Source: Thermoanaerobaculia bacterium
Lineage (GTDB): Bacteria; Acidobacteriota; Thermoanaerobaculia; UBA5066
Assembly (NCBI GenBank): GCA_963816185.1
Contig: CAWFJJ010000025.1
Coordinates: 64,001 to 128,000 of the forward strand
Length of the DNA: 64,000 nt
Reading direction: 5' to 3'
The position numbers and the translations under genes are program-made. Of the stretch, positions 56,759 through 64,000 are shown piece after piece; the stretch's first letter is position 1; every line of letters begins with the position of its first letter. Below the pieces are notes generated by a model that was not told where the DNA came from, ran no database searches, and worked only from the letters and a program-made list of their open reading frames with translations.

Positions 56759-58141
56759 GTGTCCGATCTCGACGCCCGGTCTTTCCGGCGCTCCCTGACC
56801 CTCGTCCTCGCGGTTCTCGGCTTCCTGACGGCAGGGGCGGTGGTGCTGTTCGGGCACCTCCTCTTCAAGTCGCTTTCGAGGGACGTCGTCAACGATGCGA
56901 TTCTCCACACGAAGCTCGACGCGGAACGGCTCGCGCGCGGTATCGCCGAGCGCACGTCGGGCGACCCTTTCGTCCTGAAGCTCAAGCAGACGGAGATCGA
57001 CCGGCTCGTCACGACGGGTCTCTCGGAGCGCCAGATCCTCACGGAGGTCGAGGTTCTCGACAGCGCGAAAAAGGAGGTCCTCTACGCGTACCACGGCACG
57101 CTCACCGTGCCCGACCGCAAGGGCCAGCCGGGCGCCGAGGGACCGAAGGTTCTCGACGTGAAGCCGGCGGAGCCCGGCACGACCGCGCGCAGCTACAGCC
57201 TCGAGGCGCCCGAGCCCGATCCCTACGACCTGGAAGTGCCCGTCGGCGACTTCGCGGTGCTGCGCTTCGGCGTGTCGCGGCGCGTCCTGGCCGAGCGCGT
57301 CGAGAAGCTCCGTCGCGAGCTCTACCTGCGGACGGCCGCGGCGGCCGTCGTGTCGCTCTTGGGGATTCTCGCGGCGTCCGCGGCGGTGATCCTCCTTTAT
57401 CGCCGCACGCGGCGCGTGGAGGAGGCGCGCCTCGAGGCCGAGCGGCGCGCCGAGCTCGGCGAGGTCGCGGCGGGCCTGGCGCACGAAATCCGGAATCCCC
57501 TGAACGCGATGGGCCTCAACCTCGAGCTCCTCGAGGAGAAGCTCGTGCACCCGGCCCCGGCCCGGAGCGTAGGCGCGTCCACCGCCTCGGCTACCGAGCT
57601 CGCTCAGGCCGCGCGCGTGGAGACGAGCCGGCTCGCGCGGCTGCTCACGGACTTCCTCTCGTACGCGCGGCCGTCGCCGCTGAGCCCCGTTCCCGCCGAC
57701 CTGAACGAGGCTGCACGCGAGGCGGTTTCGTTCCTGGAGCCCGAAGCCTGCCGGCGCCATATCCGGCTGACGTTCCTGCCTCAGGAGGGGGCCGCTCCCG
57801 CGCTCCTCGACCCCGGGCGCGTCCGCCAGGTGGTCCTCAACCTCGTCGGCAACGCGCTCGACGCCGTGGAGGCGGAGGGAGCCGCGGCGCGCGAGGTGGA
57901 GGTGCGCGTCGAGGATGCCGGAAAGTTCTGGCGCCTCACGATCACGGACCACGGGCCCGGCGTACCGCCCGCGAAGACGGCCGACATCTTCAAGCTCTTC
58001 GTGTCCACGAAACCCGCGGGCACGGGCCTTGGTCTCCCGATCGCGGATCGGATCGTGCGTGCCCACGGCGGGACGTTGACGCTCTTCTCGTCGCCCGGCG
58101 AGCCGACCCGGGCCGTGGCGACGTTCCCGAAGGGGCGCTGA
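56759..58141 (+). CDS. Orphan membrane sensor histidine kinase
   Basis: Two TM; GLAHEIRNPL, NLVGNA, DHGPG, GTGLGL. Confidence 0.9.
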   Translation: MSDLDARSFRRSLTLVLAVLGFLTAGAVVLFGHLLFKSLSRDVVNDAILHTKLDAERLARGIAERTSGDPFVLKLKQTEIDRLVTTGLSERQILTEVEVLDSAKKEVLYAYHGTLTVPDRKGQPGAEGPKVLDVKPAEPGTTARSYSLEAPEPDPYDLEVPVGDFAVLRFGVSRRVLAERVEKLRRELYLRTAAAAVVSLLGILAASAAVILLYRRTRRVEEARLEAERRAELGEVAAGLAHEIRNPLNAMGLNLELLEEKLVHPAPARSVGASTASATELAQAARVETSRLARLLTDFLSYARPSPLSPVPADLNEAAREAVSFLEPEACRRHIRLTFLPQEGAAPALLDPGRVRQVVLNLVGNALDAVEAEGAAAREVEVRVEDAGKFWRLTITDHGPGVPPAKTADIFKLFVSTKPAGTGLGLPIADRIVRAHGGTLTLFSSPGEPTRAVATFPKGR

Positions 58142-58144
58142 GGA

Positions 58145-58612
58145 TCAGGGCGGCGGAAGAATTTTTCTCGGATCCGGATCCGCCTCGCCGCACTGAAACG
58201 CGAGGACGCGCCTGACGAGCGTCTTCACCGGCATGGGGAGCGTCAGGAGGAGCTCGCCCTCGGGGTTCAGGATCACCTGCTCCGTCGTACCGGTCGCGAG
58301 CAGGATTCGTTCAGGCAGGCGGCGGATCTCGTACGACATCGCGAGCTTCGCCGTCTCGGACGGCGCGAGCACGGCGGAGACCTCGAGCCGGTCATCCAGC
58401 TTCGCGGACCGCTTGACGTTCAGCTCGACTCTCGTGATCGGCACTTTGTAGCCGTGGGCGAGCGCCTCGGCGGGCGTCAGCCCGAACGCCGCGCAGAGAG
58501 CGTTGCGCGCCACCTCGAAGTACTGGACGTAGTGGCCGTGCCAGACGACGCCGTACGAGTCCACCTCGGGAAAGCGGACTTCGAAGGAGGTCGTGAACGC
58601 ACGCGTCGTCAT
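58145..58612 (-). CDS. 4HBT/YbgC-family acyl thioesterase
   Basis: VRFPEVDSYGVVWHGHYVQYFEVAR. Confidence 0.9.
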   Translation of the reverse strand: MTTRAFTTSFEVRFPEVDSYGVVWHGHYVQYFEVARNALCAAFGLTPAEALAHGYKVPITRVELNVKRSAKLDDRLEVSAVLAPSETAKLAMSYEIRRLPERILLATGTTEQVILNPEGELLLTLPMPVKTLVRRVLAFQCGEADPDPRKILPPP

Positions 58613-59712
58613 GGCGCCGTGAGGACCGCCGCGAGGACGTTGCCGCCGGCGCCGAAGGCGTCGATCAGAATCGCGCCGAGGGAAGGATCGGCGCGCAGCT
58701 CGGCCGCCGCGAGGGCGATCTGGATCGCTCCGATCGCGGGGTTCTCGCCGAGGCTTTCCTTCACGGCCGAAAGGCGCGGCTGTTTCGCGCCGAAGACGTC
58801 CGAGAGCGCGGCAGTCTCGGCCTCGTCCGTGAAAGGCGATCCGTTCCGCGAGAGGTGGACGAGGCCGATCGCGGAAGGAGCCAGGCCTGCCTCGTCGAGG
58901 GCGTCCCGTATCGCGGCGGCCAGGAAGGCCGGGTCCGCGCGCCGCTTCTGGGGCGAGAGAGCCGCGCCGCGCGACGCGAGCCCCGCGATCCGCGCGTCGA
59001 TCCGGGCTCCGCGGGCTCGGGCCTCCGCTTCGTCCTCGACCAGGACCACCGCCGCGCCCTCGCCGAGAATGAACCCGGGGCGCCGCTGAGTGCGCGTGGC
59101 ACGCACGCTCTCGTATGCGCGGTGGTACACGAGGTTCCACTCATCGGCCGCACCCACGATGAGGGCATCGGAACGTCCGTCCGCAAGCAGCATCCGGGCG
59201 TAGAACAGCGCGTTCAAGGCGGCCGGATCCTTCTGGGTGATCGTCACGTTCGGGCCTTTGATGCCGACCTCGATCGCGGCCTGCGAGGCCGGCGCGTTCG
59301 CAACAGTGTTCGGGAAGAGAAACGGCGACGCGGCGTCGGGCGATTCGACCGCCATCTGCCGTTCGAACTCGACGAGCGGGCCGACGCCGGCCGAGCCGGT
59401 GCCGAGGAGAATGCCCGTCCTCTCTTCGCGGCCCGCCACCGTGTAGAGCGAGTCGGCCAGAAGCTGCCTCACCGCGACGACGGCGTACTGGCTGCCGCGA
59501 TCGAGGCGGCGGGCCTTGCTCTTCGGGAGCTCCGGCTCCGTCGTGAACGCGCCGATTCGCGCCGCCGGAGAGCGGTCGGTGGCGGGCGGCGCGCCGTCGT
59601 CCTCGATCGGCCCCACCGCGGAGCGTCCGGCGGCGAGCGCCGCGCGCGTCTCGGCGAGCGTCCGGCCGAGCGCCGTCACTGCGGCCTCTCCGGTGATGAC
59701 AGGCGCACGCAT
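58609..59712 (-). CDS. Non-catalytic ketosynthase homolog (chain-length-factor-like)
   Basis: KS fold (ASPFLFPNTVANAPAS, GEGAAVVLVE), but ITQKDPA replaces the catalytic TAC and the second His is lost (GEN). Confidence 0.82.
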   Translation of the reverse strand: MRAPVITGEAAVTALGRTLAETRAALAAGRSAVGPIEDDGAPPATDRSPAARIGAFTTEPELPKSKARRLDRGSQYAVVAVRQLLADSLYTVAGREERTGILLGTGSAGVGPLVEFERQMAVESPDAASPFLFPNTVANAPASQAAIEVGIKGPNVTITQKDPAALNALFYARMLLADGRSDALIVGAADEWNLVYHRAYESVRATRTQRRPGFILGEGAAVVLVEDEAEARARGARIDARIAGLASRGAALSPQKRRADPAFLAAAIRDALDEAGLAPSAIGLVHLSRNGSPFTDEAETAALSDVFGAKQPRLSAVKESLGENPAIGAIQIALAAAELRADPSLGAILIDAFGAGGNVLAAVLTAP

Positions 59713-59839
59713 CGAGGGGATCGTACACGCGAGATGGGCTTCTCTTCGCCATTCATACCGCAGCTGTTGACACCGCGTCTCTGCCGCGACAAGGTGGCGC
59801 GACGGAAGCGTCCCCTAGAAAGCGGAAAAGGAGATTCCC

Positions 59840-60280
59840 ATGAAGCGCGTATTCTCAAGTCTCTCGATCGTCGTCTGTCTTCTCGTCGTGTCCGGCTGGA
59901 CACCGGCGGCCGTGGCCCAGGAGGCGAAGTCCTCCCGGGCGCTCGTCGCAACCTACCAGGTTGCGACCGGCAAGCACCTCGATTTCCTGAAGTGGATGGC
60001 GCGTGCGGAAGCGGTCGCAAAGGAGGCCGGAGGGCCGGCCACCCAGTGGTACATGCACGAGAACGGCGCCAGCTGGGACTTCGTCTCGATCACTCCCCAG
60101 CTCGACGCTGCGAAGCAGGCGGAGGTGGACAAGAAGATCGAGACTCTCTCGAAGCAGAAGGGGATCGCGACGGGGCTCAAGGCTTCGTTCGAGTTCCGGC
60201 AGTACATGGGAACGCACACCGACACGTTCGCGCACGGTCCGATGACGGCGTCCGAGCTCGTGAAGGCGGCCGAAAAGTAA
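59840..60280 (+). CDS. Secreted hypothetical protein
   Basis: AAGGAG RBS, signal peptide ending AVA-Q; YMHENGASWDF, HTDTF. Confidence 0.8.
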   Translation: MKRVFSSLSIVVCLLVVSGWTPAAVAQEAKSSRALVATYQVATGKHLDFLKWMARAEAVAKEAGGPATQWYMHENGASWDFVSITPQLDAAKQAEVDKKIETLSKQKGIATGLKASFEFRQYMGTHTDTFAHGPMTASELVKAAEK

Positions 60281-60283
60281 GAA

Positions 60284-61507
60284 CTAGGCCCGCGCCGCGA
60301 ACGCTCCGAACGCGACGACCGTCGAGTTGCCGCCGAATGCGAACGAGTTCGAGAGCGCGATCTTCACGCGCGCTTCTCGAGCCGCGTTCGGGACGATGTC
60401 GAGATCGCACTCGGGATCCGGCTCCTCCCAGTGGATCGTGGGCGGCACGAGGCCCGTCTCGATCGTGCGGACGGTCGCGACCGCCTCGATGGCGCCTGCC
60501 GAGCACAGGCAGTGGCCGAGCATCGACTTGATCGACGAGACGGGGATCTCCCGCGCGCGCCCCCCGAGCGCCCGCTTGATCGCCGCCGTCTCGGCCGAGT
60601 CGTTCTGCGGCGTGGCCGTTCCATGCGCGTTGACGTAGTCGACGTCTCCCGGGTTCAGACCCGACGCCACGAGACAGGCGCTCATCGTGCGCGCTCCCGC
60701 TTCACCGGTCGGCTCGGGCTGCGTCATGTGGTGGGCGTCGGAGGTGACACCGTAGCCGAGGAAGCGGGCCCGGATACGGGCTCGGCGGCGGTGCGCATGG
60801 CCTTCTTCCTCGAAGACGAGAAGGCCCGCCGCTTCCCCGATCGAGAGCCCTTTGCGGCGCAGATCGAACGGGCGGCAGGGCTCGGGGTCGACCGAGCGGA
60901 GCGCGTTGAAGCCGCCGTGGGTGAGTCTCGCGAACGTGTCGGCGCCGCCCGTCACGACGACTTCGCAGAAGCCGTGGCGGATGAGGTCGGCGGCGTAGCC
61001 GAGCGCGGTGGCCGAGGACGAGCACGCGGTCGTGATCGTCGAGCGCGGCCCGAGGAGGCCCCAGCGTTCGGCGATGCGGTCGGTCGTCTGGTCGGGCGGG
61101 TGGTTGAGGACCTGCGTGGGACGCGCGCGGCGAGGCCCTTTCGCGAGGAGGTCCCGGAAGTAGTTCTCGCTGTCGAGCAGGCCGGACACACCGGCTCCGA
61201 GGACGACACCGATCGACGAAGGGTCCTCGCGATCGAGATCGAGTCCGGAGTCGGCAAGGGCCTCGGCCGCCGCCGTGAGGCCGATGACGTCCGTGCGCGA
61301 GAGGCGGCGTCTCAGGGCGGGGTCGAAGCCCTCGGGCAGCACCTTGATCTCGGCCGCGAGCTTCGTGCGAAAGGCCGACGCGTCGAAGAGCGTGATGGGG
61401 CCGATGCCGCACCGCCCGGCGACGAGCCCTTCCCAGGTCGATGCGAGGTCGTTCCCGAGAGAGGTCACGGCCCCGAGGCCCGTCACGACGACGCGGCGCT
61501 TGTCCAT
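60284..61507 (-). CDS. fabF: Beta-ketoacyl-ACP synthase II-like
   Basis: VVVTGLG, TACSSS, DAHHMT, NAHGTAT, KSMLGH, SNSFAFGG. Confidence 0.9.
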   Translation of the reverse strand: MDKRRVVVTGLGAVTSLGNDLASTWEGLVAGRCGIGPITLFDASAFRTKLAAEIKVLPEGFDPALRRRLSRTDVIGLTAAAEALADSGLDLDREDPSSIGVVLGAGVSGLLDSENYFRDLLAKGPRRARPTQVLNHPPDQTTDRIAERWGLLGPRSTITTACSSSATALGYAADLIRHGFCEVVVTGGADTFARLTHGGFNALRSVDPEPCRPFDLRRKGLSIGEAAGLLVFEEEGHAHRRRARIRARFLGYGVTSDAHHMTQPEPTGEAGARTMSACLVASGLNPGDVDYVNAHGTATPQNDSAETAAIKRALGGRAREIPVSSIKSMLGHCLCSAGAIEAVATVRTIETGLVPPTIHWEEPDPECDLDIVPNAAREARVKIALSNSFAFGGNSTVVAFGAFAARA

Positions 61508-61596
61508 CCTAGGGATCTTACTGAGTCGCGGATCTCTTTGGATTCGGTCGGCCGCGTCGGCCGGCCGGCGGCGGACGCCCTTGTTAGGATCGGCTC

Positions 61597-63420
61597 ATGA
61601 AGTCATTCCGCCCGGTTGTCCTGTTCCTCGTGTCCGTCTCCTTCGCCGCCTCCGCCGCCTCCGCCGCCGCCCAGCCGGCGCCGCCCCCGACCGTCGCCGA
61701 AGCGGAGGCGTTCCTGACGAGCGCCGAGCAGCGCCTGCTGCAGCTCGCCGTGGAGGCGGGGCGCGCGGACTGGGTGAAGGTCAACTTCATCACCGAGGAC
61801 ACCGAGCTCCTCGCGGCGAAGGCAGACGAGCGCGCGATCAACGCGGCCGTCGAGCTGGCCAAGCAGTCCGTGCGGTTCGACAAGCTCGCGCTCCCGGAGA
61901 CTCTCGCACGGAAGATGCGGCTCCTGAAGAACGCCCTCACGCTCGCGACTCCCTCGGACCCGCAGGAAAGCGAGCAGCTGACGCGCATCGCCTCGTCGAT
62001 GGAAGGCATGTACGGCAAGGGCAAGTACTGCCGGCCGGGCAAGGACGGGAAAGAAGAATGCCGCAACCTCGGTGACCTCGAGAAGGTCCTTGCGACGAGC
62101 CGTGACTACGACGAGCTCCTCGACGCCTGGACGGGCTGGCACGCCATCTCGCGCCCGATGCGAAAGGACTTCGTCACGTACGTCGCGCTCGCGAACAAGG
62201 GTGCCCGGGAGCTGGGTTTCGCCGACACCGGCGCCATGTGGCGGTCCAAGTACGACATGCCGCCGGACGCCTTCGCGGCCGAGCTGGATCGCCTGTGGGA
62301 GCAGGTCAGGCCGCTCTACCTGTCGCTCCATGCATACGTGCGCGCGAAGCTGCGCGAGAAATACGGCGAGAGGGTCCCGGCGAGCGGCCCCATTCCCGCG
62401 CACCTCCTCGGCAACATGTGGGCGCAGGAGTGGGGAAACATCTATCCGCTCGTGGCGCCGGCCGGCGCCGATCCCGGATACGACCTCACGCGGATCCTCA
62501 AGGACCGCAAGACGAACGACCAGCAGATGGTGAAGTACGGCGAGGGTTTCTTCACGTCCCTCGGATTCGCGCCGCTGCCCGAGACGTTCTGGAAGCGGTC
62601 GTTGTTCGTGAAGCCCCGCGACCGCGACGTCGTCTGTCACGCGAGCGCGTGGGACATCGACCTCGTGAACGACGTGCGCATCAAGATGTGCATCGACATC
62701 ACGGCCGAGGACTTCAACACCATCCACCACGAGCTCGGCCACAACTTTTACCAGCGCGCCTACGATGCCCAGCCGTTCCTTTTCCGCGACAGCGCCAACG
62801 ACGGCTTCCACGAGGCCGTCGGCGACACGATCGCGCTCTCCGTCACGCCGGAATACCTCGTGAAGCTCGGCCTCCTGGACAAGGCGCCGGACGCGTCGAA
62901 GGACATCGGCCTGCTCCTCGACAAGGCGCTCGAGAAGATCGCGTTCCTGCCGTTCGGGCTCGTGATCGACCAGTGGCGCTGGAAGGTCTTCTCGGGCCAG
63001 ATCCCGCCGGAGAAGTACAACGAGGCGTGGTGGGAACTCCGGAAGAAATACCAGGGGATCGCACCTCCCGTGACGCGGAGCGAGGGGGACTTCGATCCCG
63101 GCGCGAAGTACCACGTGGCCGGCAACGTCCCCTACATGCGCTACTTTCTGGCGGACATCCTCCAGTTCCAGTTCCACCGCGCCCTTGCGGGGATCGCCGG
63201 ATGCAAGGGTCCCCTCAACCGCTGTTCGATCTACTCGAACAAGGAAGCCGGAAGCCGCCTGAACGCGATGCTGTCGATGGGCGCGAGCCGCCCCTGGCCG
63301 GAAGCTCTCGCCTCCCTGACCGGAGAGAAGCAGATGGACGCGACCGCGATCCGCGAATATTTCGCGCCGCTTCAGAAGTGGCTGGACGAGCAGAACAAGG
63401 GAAAGCCGGTCGGGTGGTAG
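61597..63420 (+). CDS. Peptidyl-dipeptidase A (ACE-like, M2 metallopeptidase)
   Basis: Signal peptide; AHLLGNMWAQ, VCHASAWD, HHELGH, FHEAVGD, FDPGAKYHV, PYMRYF. Confidence 0.95.
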   Translation: MKSFRPVVLFLVSVSFAASAASAAAQPAPPPTVAEAEAFLTSAEQRLLQLAVEAGRADWVKVNFITEDTELLAAKADERAINAAVELAKQSVRFDKLALPETLARKMRLLKNALTLATPSDPQESEQLTRIASSMEGMYGKGKYCRPGKDGKEECRNLGDLEKVLATSRDYDELLDAWTGWHAISRPMRKDFVTYVALANKGARELGFADTGAMWRSKYDMPPDAFAAELDRLWEQVRPLYLSLHAYVRAKLREKYGERVPASGPIPAHLLGNMWAQEWGNIYPLVAPAGADPGYDLTRILKDRKTNDQQMVKYGEGFFTSLGFAPLPETFWKRSLFVKPRDRDVVCHASAWDIDLVNDVRIKMCIDITAEDFNTIHHELGHNFYQRAYDAQPFLFRDSANDGFHEAVGDTIALSVTPEYLVKLGLLDKAPDASKDIGLLLDKALEKIAFLPFGLVIDQWRWKVFSGQIPPEKYNEAWWELRKKYQGIAPPVTRSEGDFDPGAKYHVAGNVPYMRYFLADILQFQFHRALAGIAGCKGPLNRCSIYSNKEAGSRLNAMLSMGASRPWPEALASLTGEKQMDATAIREYFAPLQKWLDEQNKGKPVGW

Positions 63421-63424
63421 GGCA

Positions 63425-63853
63425 ATGACGGACCGGGTCGACTGGCACCGCTACTTCATGAACATCGCGCGCGAGGTCGCGAGCCGGGCGACGTGCCCGC
63501 GGAAGCACGTCGGAGCGGTGATCGTGCGCGACAGGAGGCTCCTGTCTACGGGCTACAACGGCTCGCTCCGCGGCCTTCCGCACTGTGACGAGGTGGGCTG
63601 CCTCATGGAGGACGGCCACTGCATCGCGACGGTCCACGCCGAGGCAAACGCGATCCTTCAGGCCGCGATGAACGGCGTCCGCATCGAGGGGGGCGAGATC
63701 TACACGACAGCCTCGCCCTGCTGGAACTGCTTCAAGCTCATCGCGAACGCAGGACTCGTTGCGGTCTACTTCGGCGAGTTCTACCGCGAGCCGCGCATCC
63801 ACGATTACGCCGACCGCGTGGGCATCCTGCTCGTCGACCTGTCGACGCGTTAA
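63425..63853 (+). CDS. dCMP deaminase / ComEB-like zinc deaminase
   Basis: RATCPRKHVGAV, TGYNG, HAEANA, SPCWNC. Confidence 0.92.
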   Translation: MTDRVDWHRYFMNIAREVASRATCPRKHVGAVIVRDRRLLSTGYNGSLRGLPHCDEVGCLMEDGHCIATVHAEANAILQAAMNGVRIEGGEIYTTASPCWNCFKLIANAGLVAVYFGEFYREPRIHDYADRVGILLVDLSTR

Positions 63854-64000
63854 ACGAGCGCCTTCGCTGGTTTCGTGCGGGATGCGAGGTAGTCGTCGAT
63901 GAGCCGGCTCGCGTTTTGCGGAAGGCGGAAGAAGCGGGCACCGAAGCCGGAGTTCGGGCCTTCAGCGCGCCGCACGACGATGACCTCGCCCGTTACGGTC
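63850..64000 (-). CDS. C-terminus of a probable PilZ-domain protein (partial)
   Basis: Manual translation TVTGEVIVVRRAEGPNSGFGARFFRLPQNASRLIDDYL..*. Confidence 0.55.
   Translation of the reverse strand, partial: TVTGEVIVVRRAEGPNSGFGARFFRLPQNASRLIDDYLASRTKPAKALV

Noticed and set aside
57-64000. Many long antisense or alternate-frame ORFs (e.g. 57-1604, 1807-3828, 14719-17241, 14828-16780, 31582-33729, 47544-49892)
   Set aside because: Arg/Pro/Gly-rich shadow ORFs expected in high-GC DNA; each overlaps a well-supported gene

Overview
GC-rich bacterial window. The gene content and the C-terminal domain of the large secreted protein suggest Acidobacteriota (Thermoanaerobaculia-like); this is inference. 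From left to right: (1) the 5' part of an Ehr/Hyf-type membrane complex operon headed by two Xis/HTH-PTS-EIIA fusion regulators; (2) moeZ-mec, a GT-C glycosyltransferase and two thioredoxin-like genes; (3) a ~19 kb copper/heavy-metal island (Cys-rich leader ORF, cusCBA-like, OmpR/sensor pair, methyltransferase, DUF4396, frameshifted copA, His/Met-rich repeat protein, second kinase/receiver pair, YHS, DUF302); (4) glgP, mscL, an OmpA lipoprotein and a Ser/Thr kinase; (5) an atypical A-family cytochrome c oxidase operon; (6) a TA pair, smc, LuxR and a degenerate FHA-AAA+ regulator; (7) a large secreted protein, KS/CLF-like fatty-acid genes, an ACE-like peptidase and a dCMP deaminase. The most interesting signals are: a heme-copper oxidase that appears to have lost its K-proton channel in both subunits I and II; a new OmpR-type promoter motif repeated three times with identical spacing in the copper island; 10-bp-phased repeats over the promoter of the HTH-EIIA regulators; and a CruR/CutF-like leader ORF before the cus genes. 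Dense frameshifts in copA and the secreted protein are probably assembly errors. No rRNA, tRNA, CRISPR array, integrase or transposase was seen.
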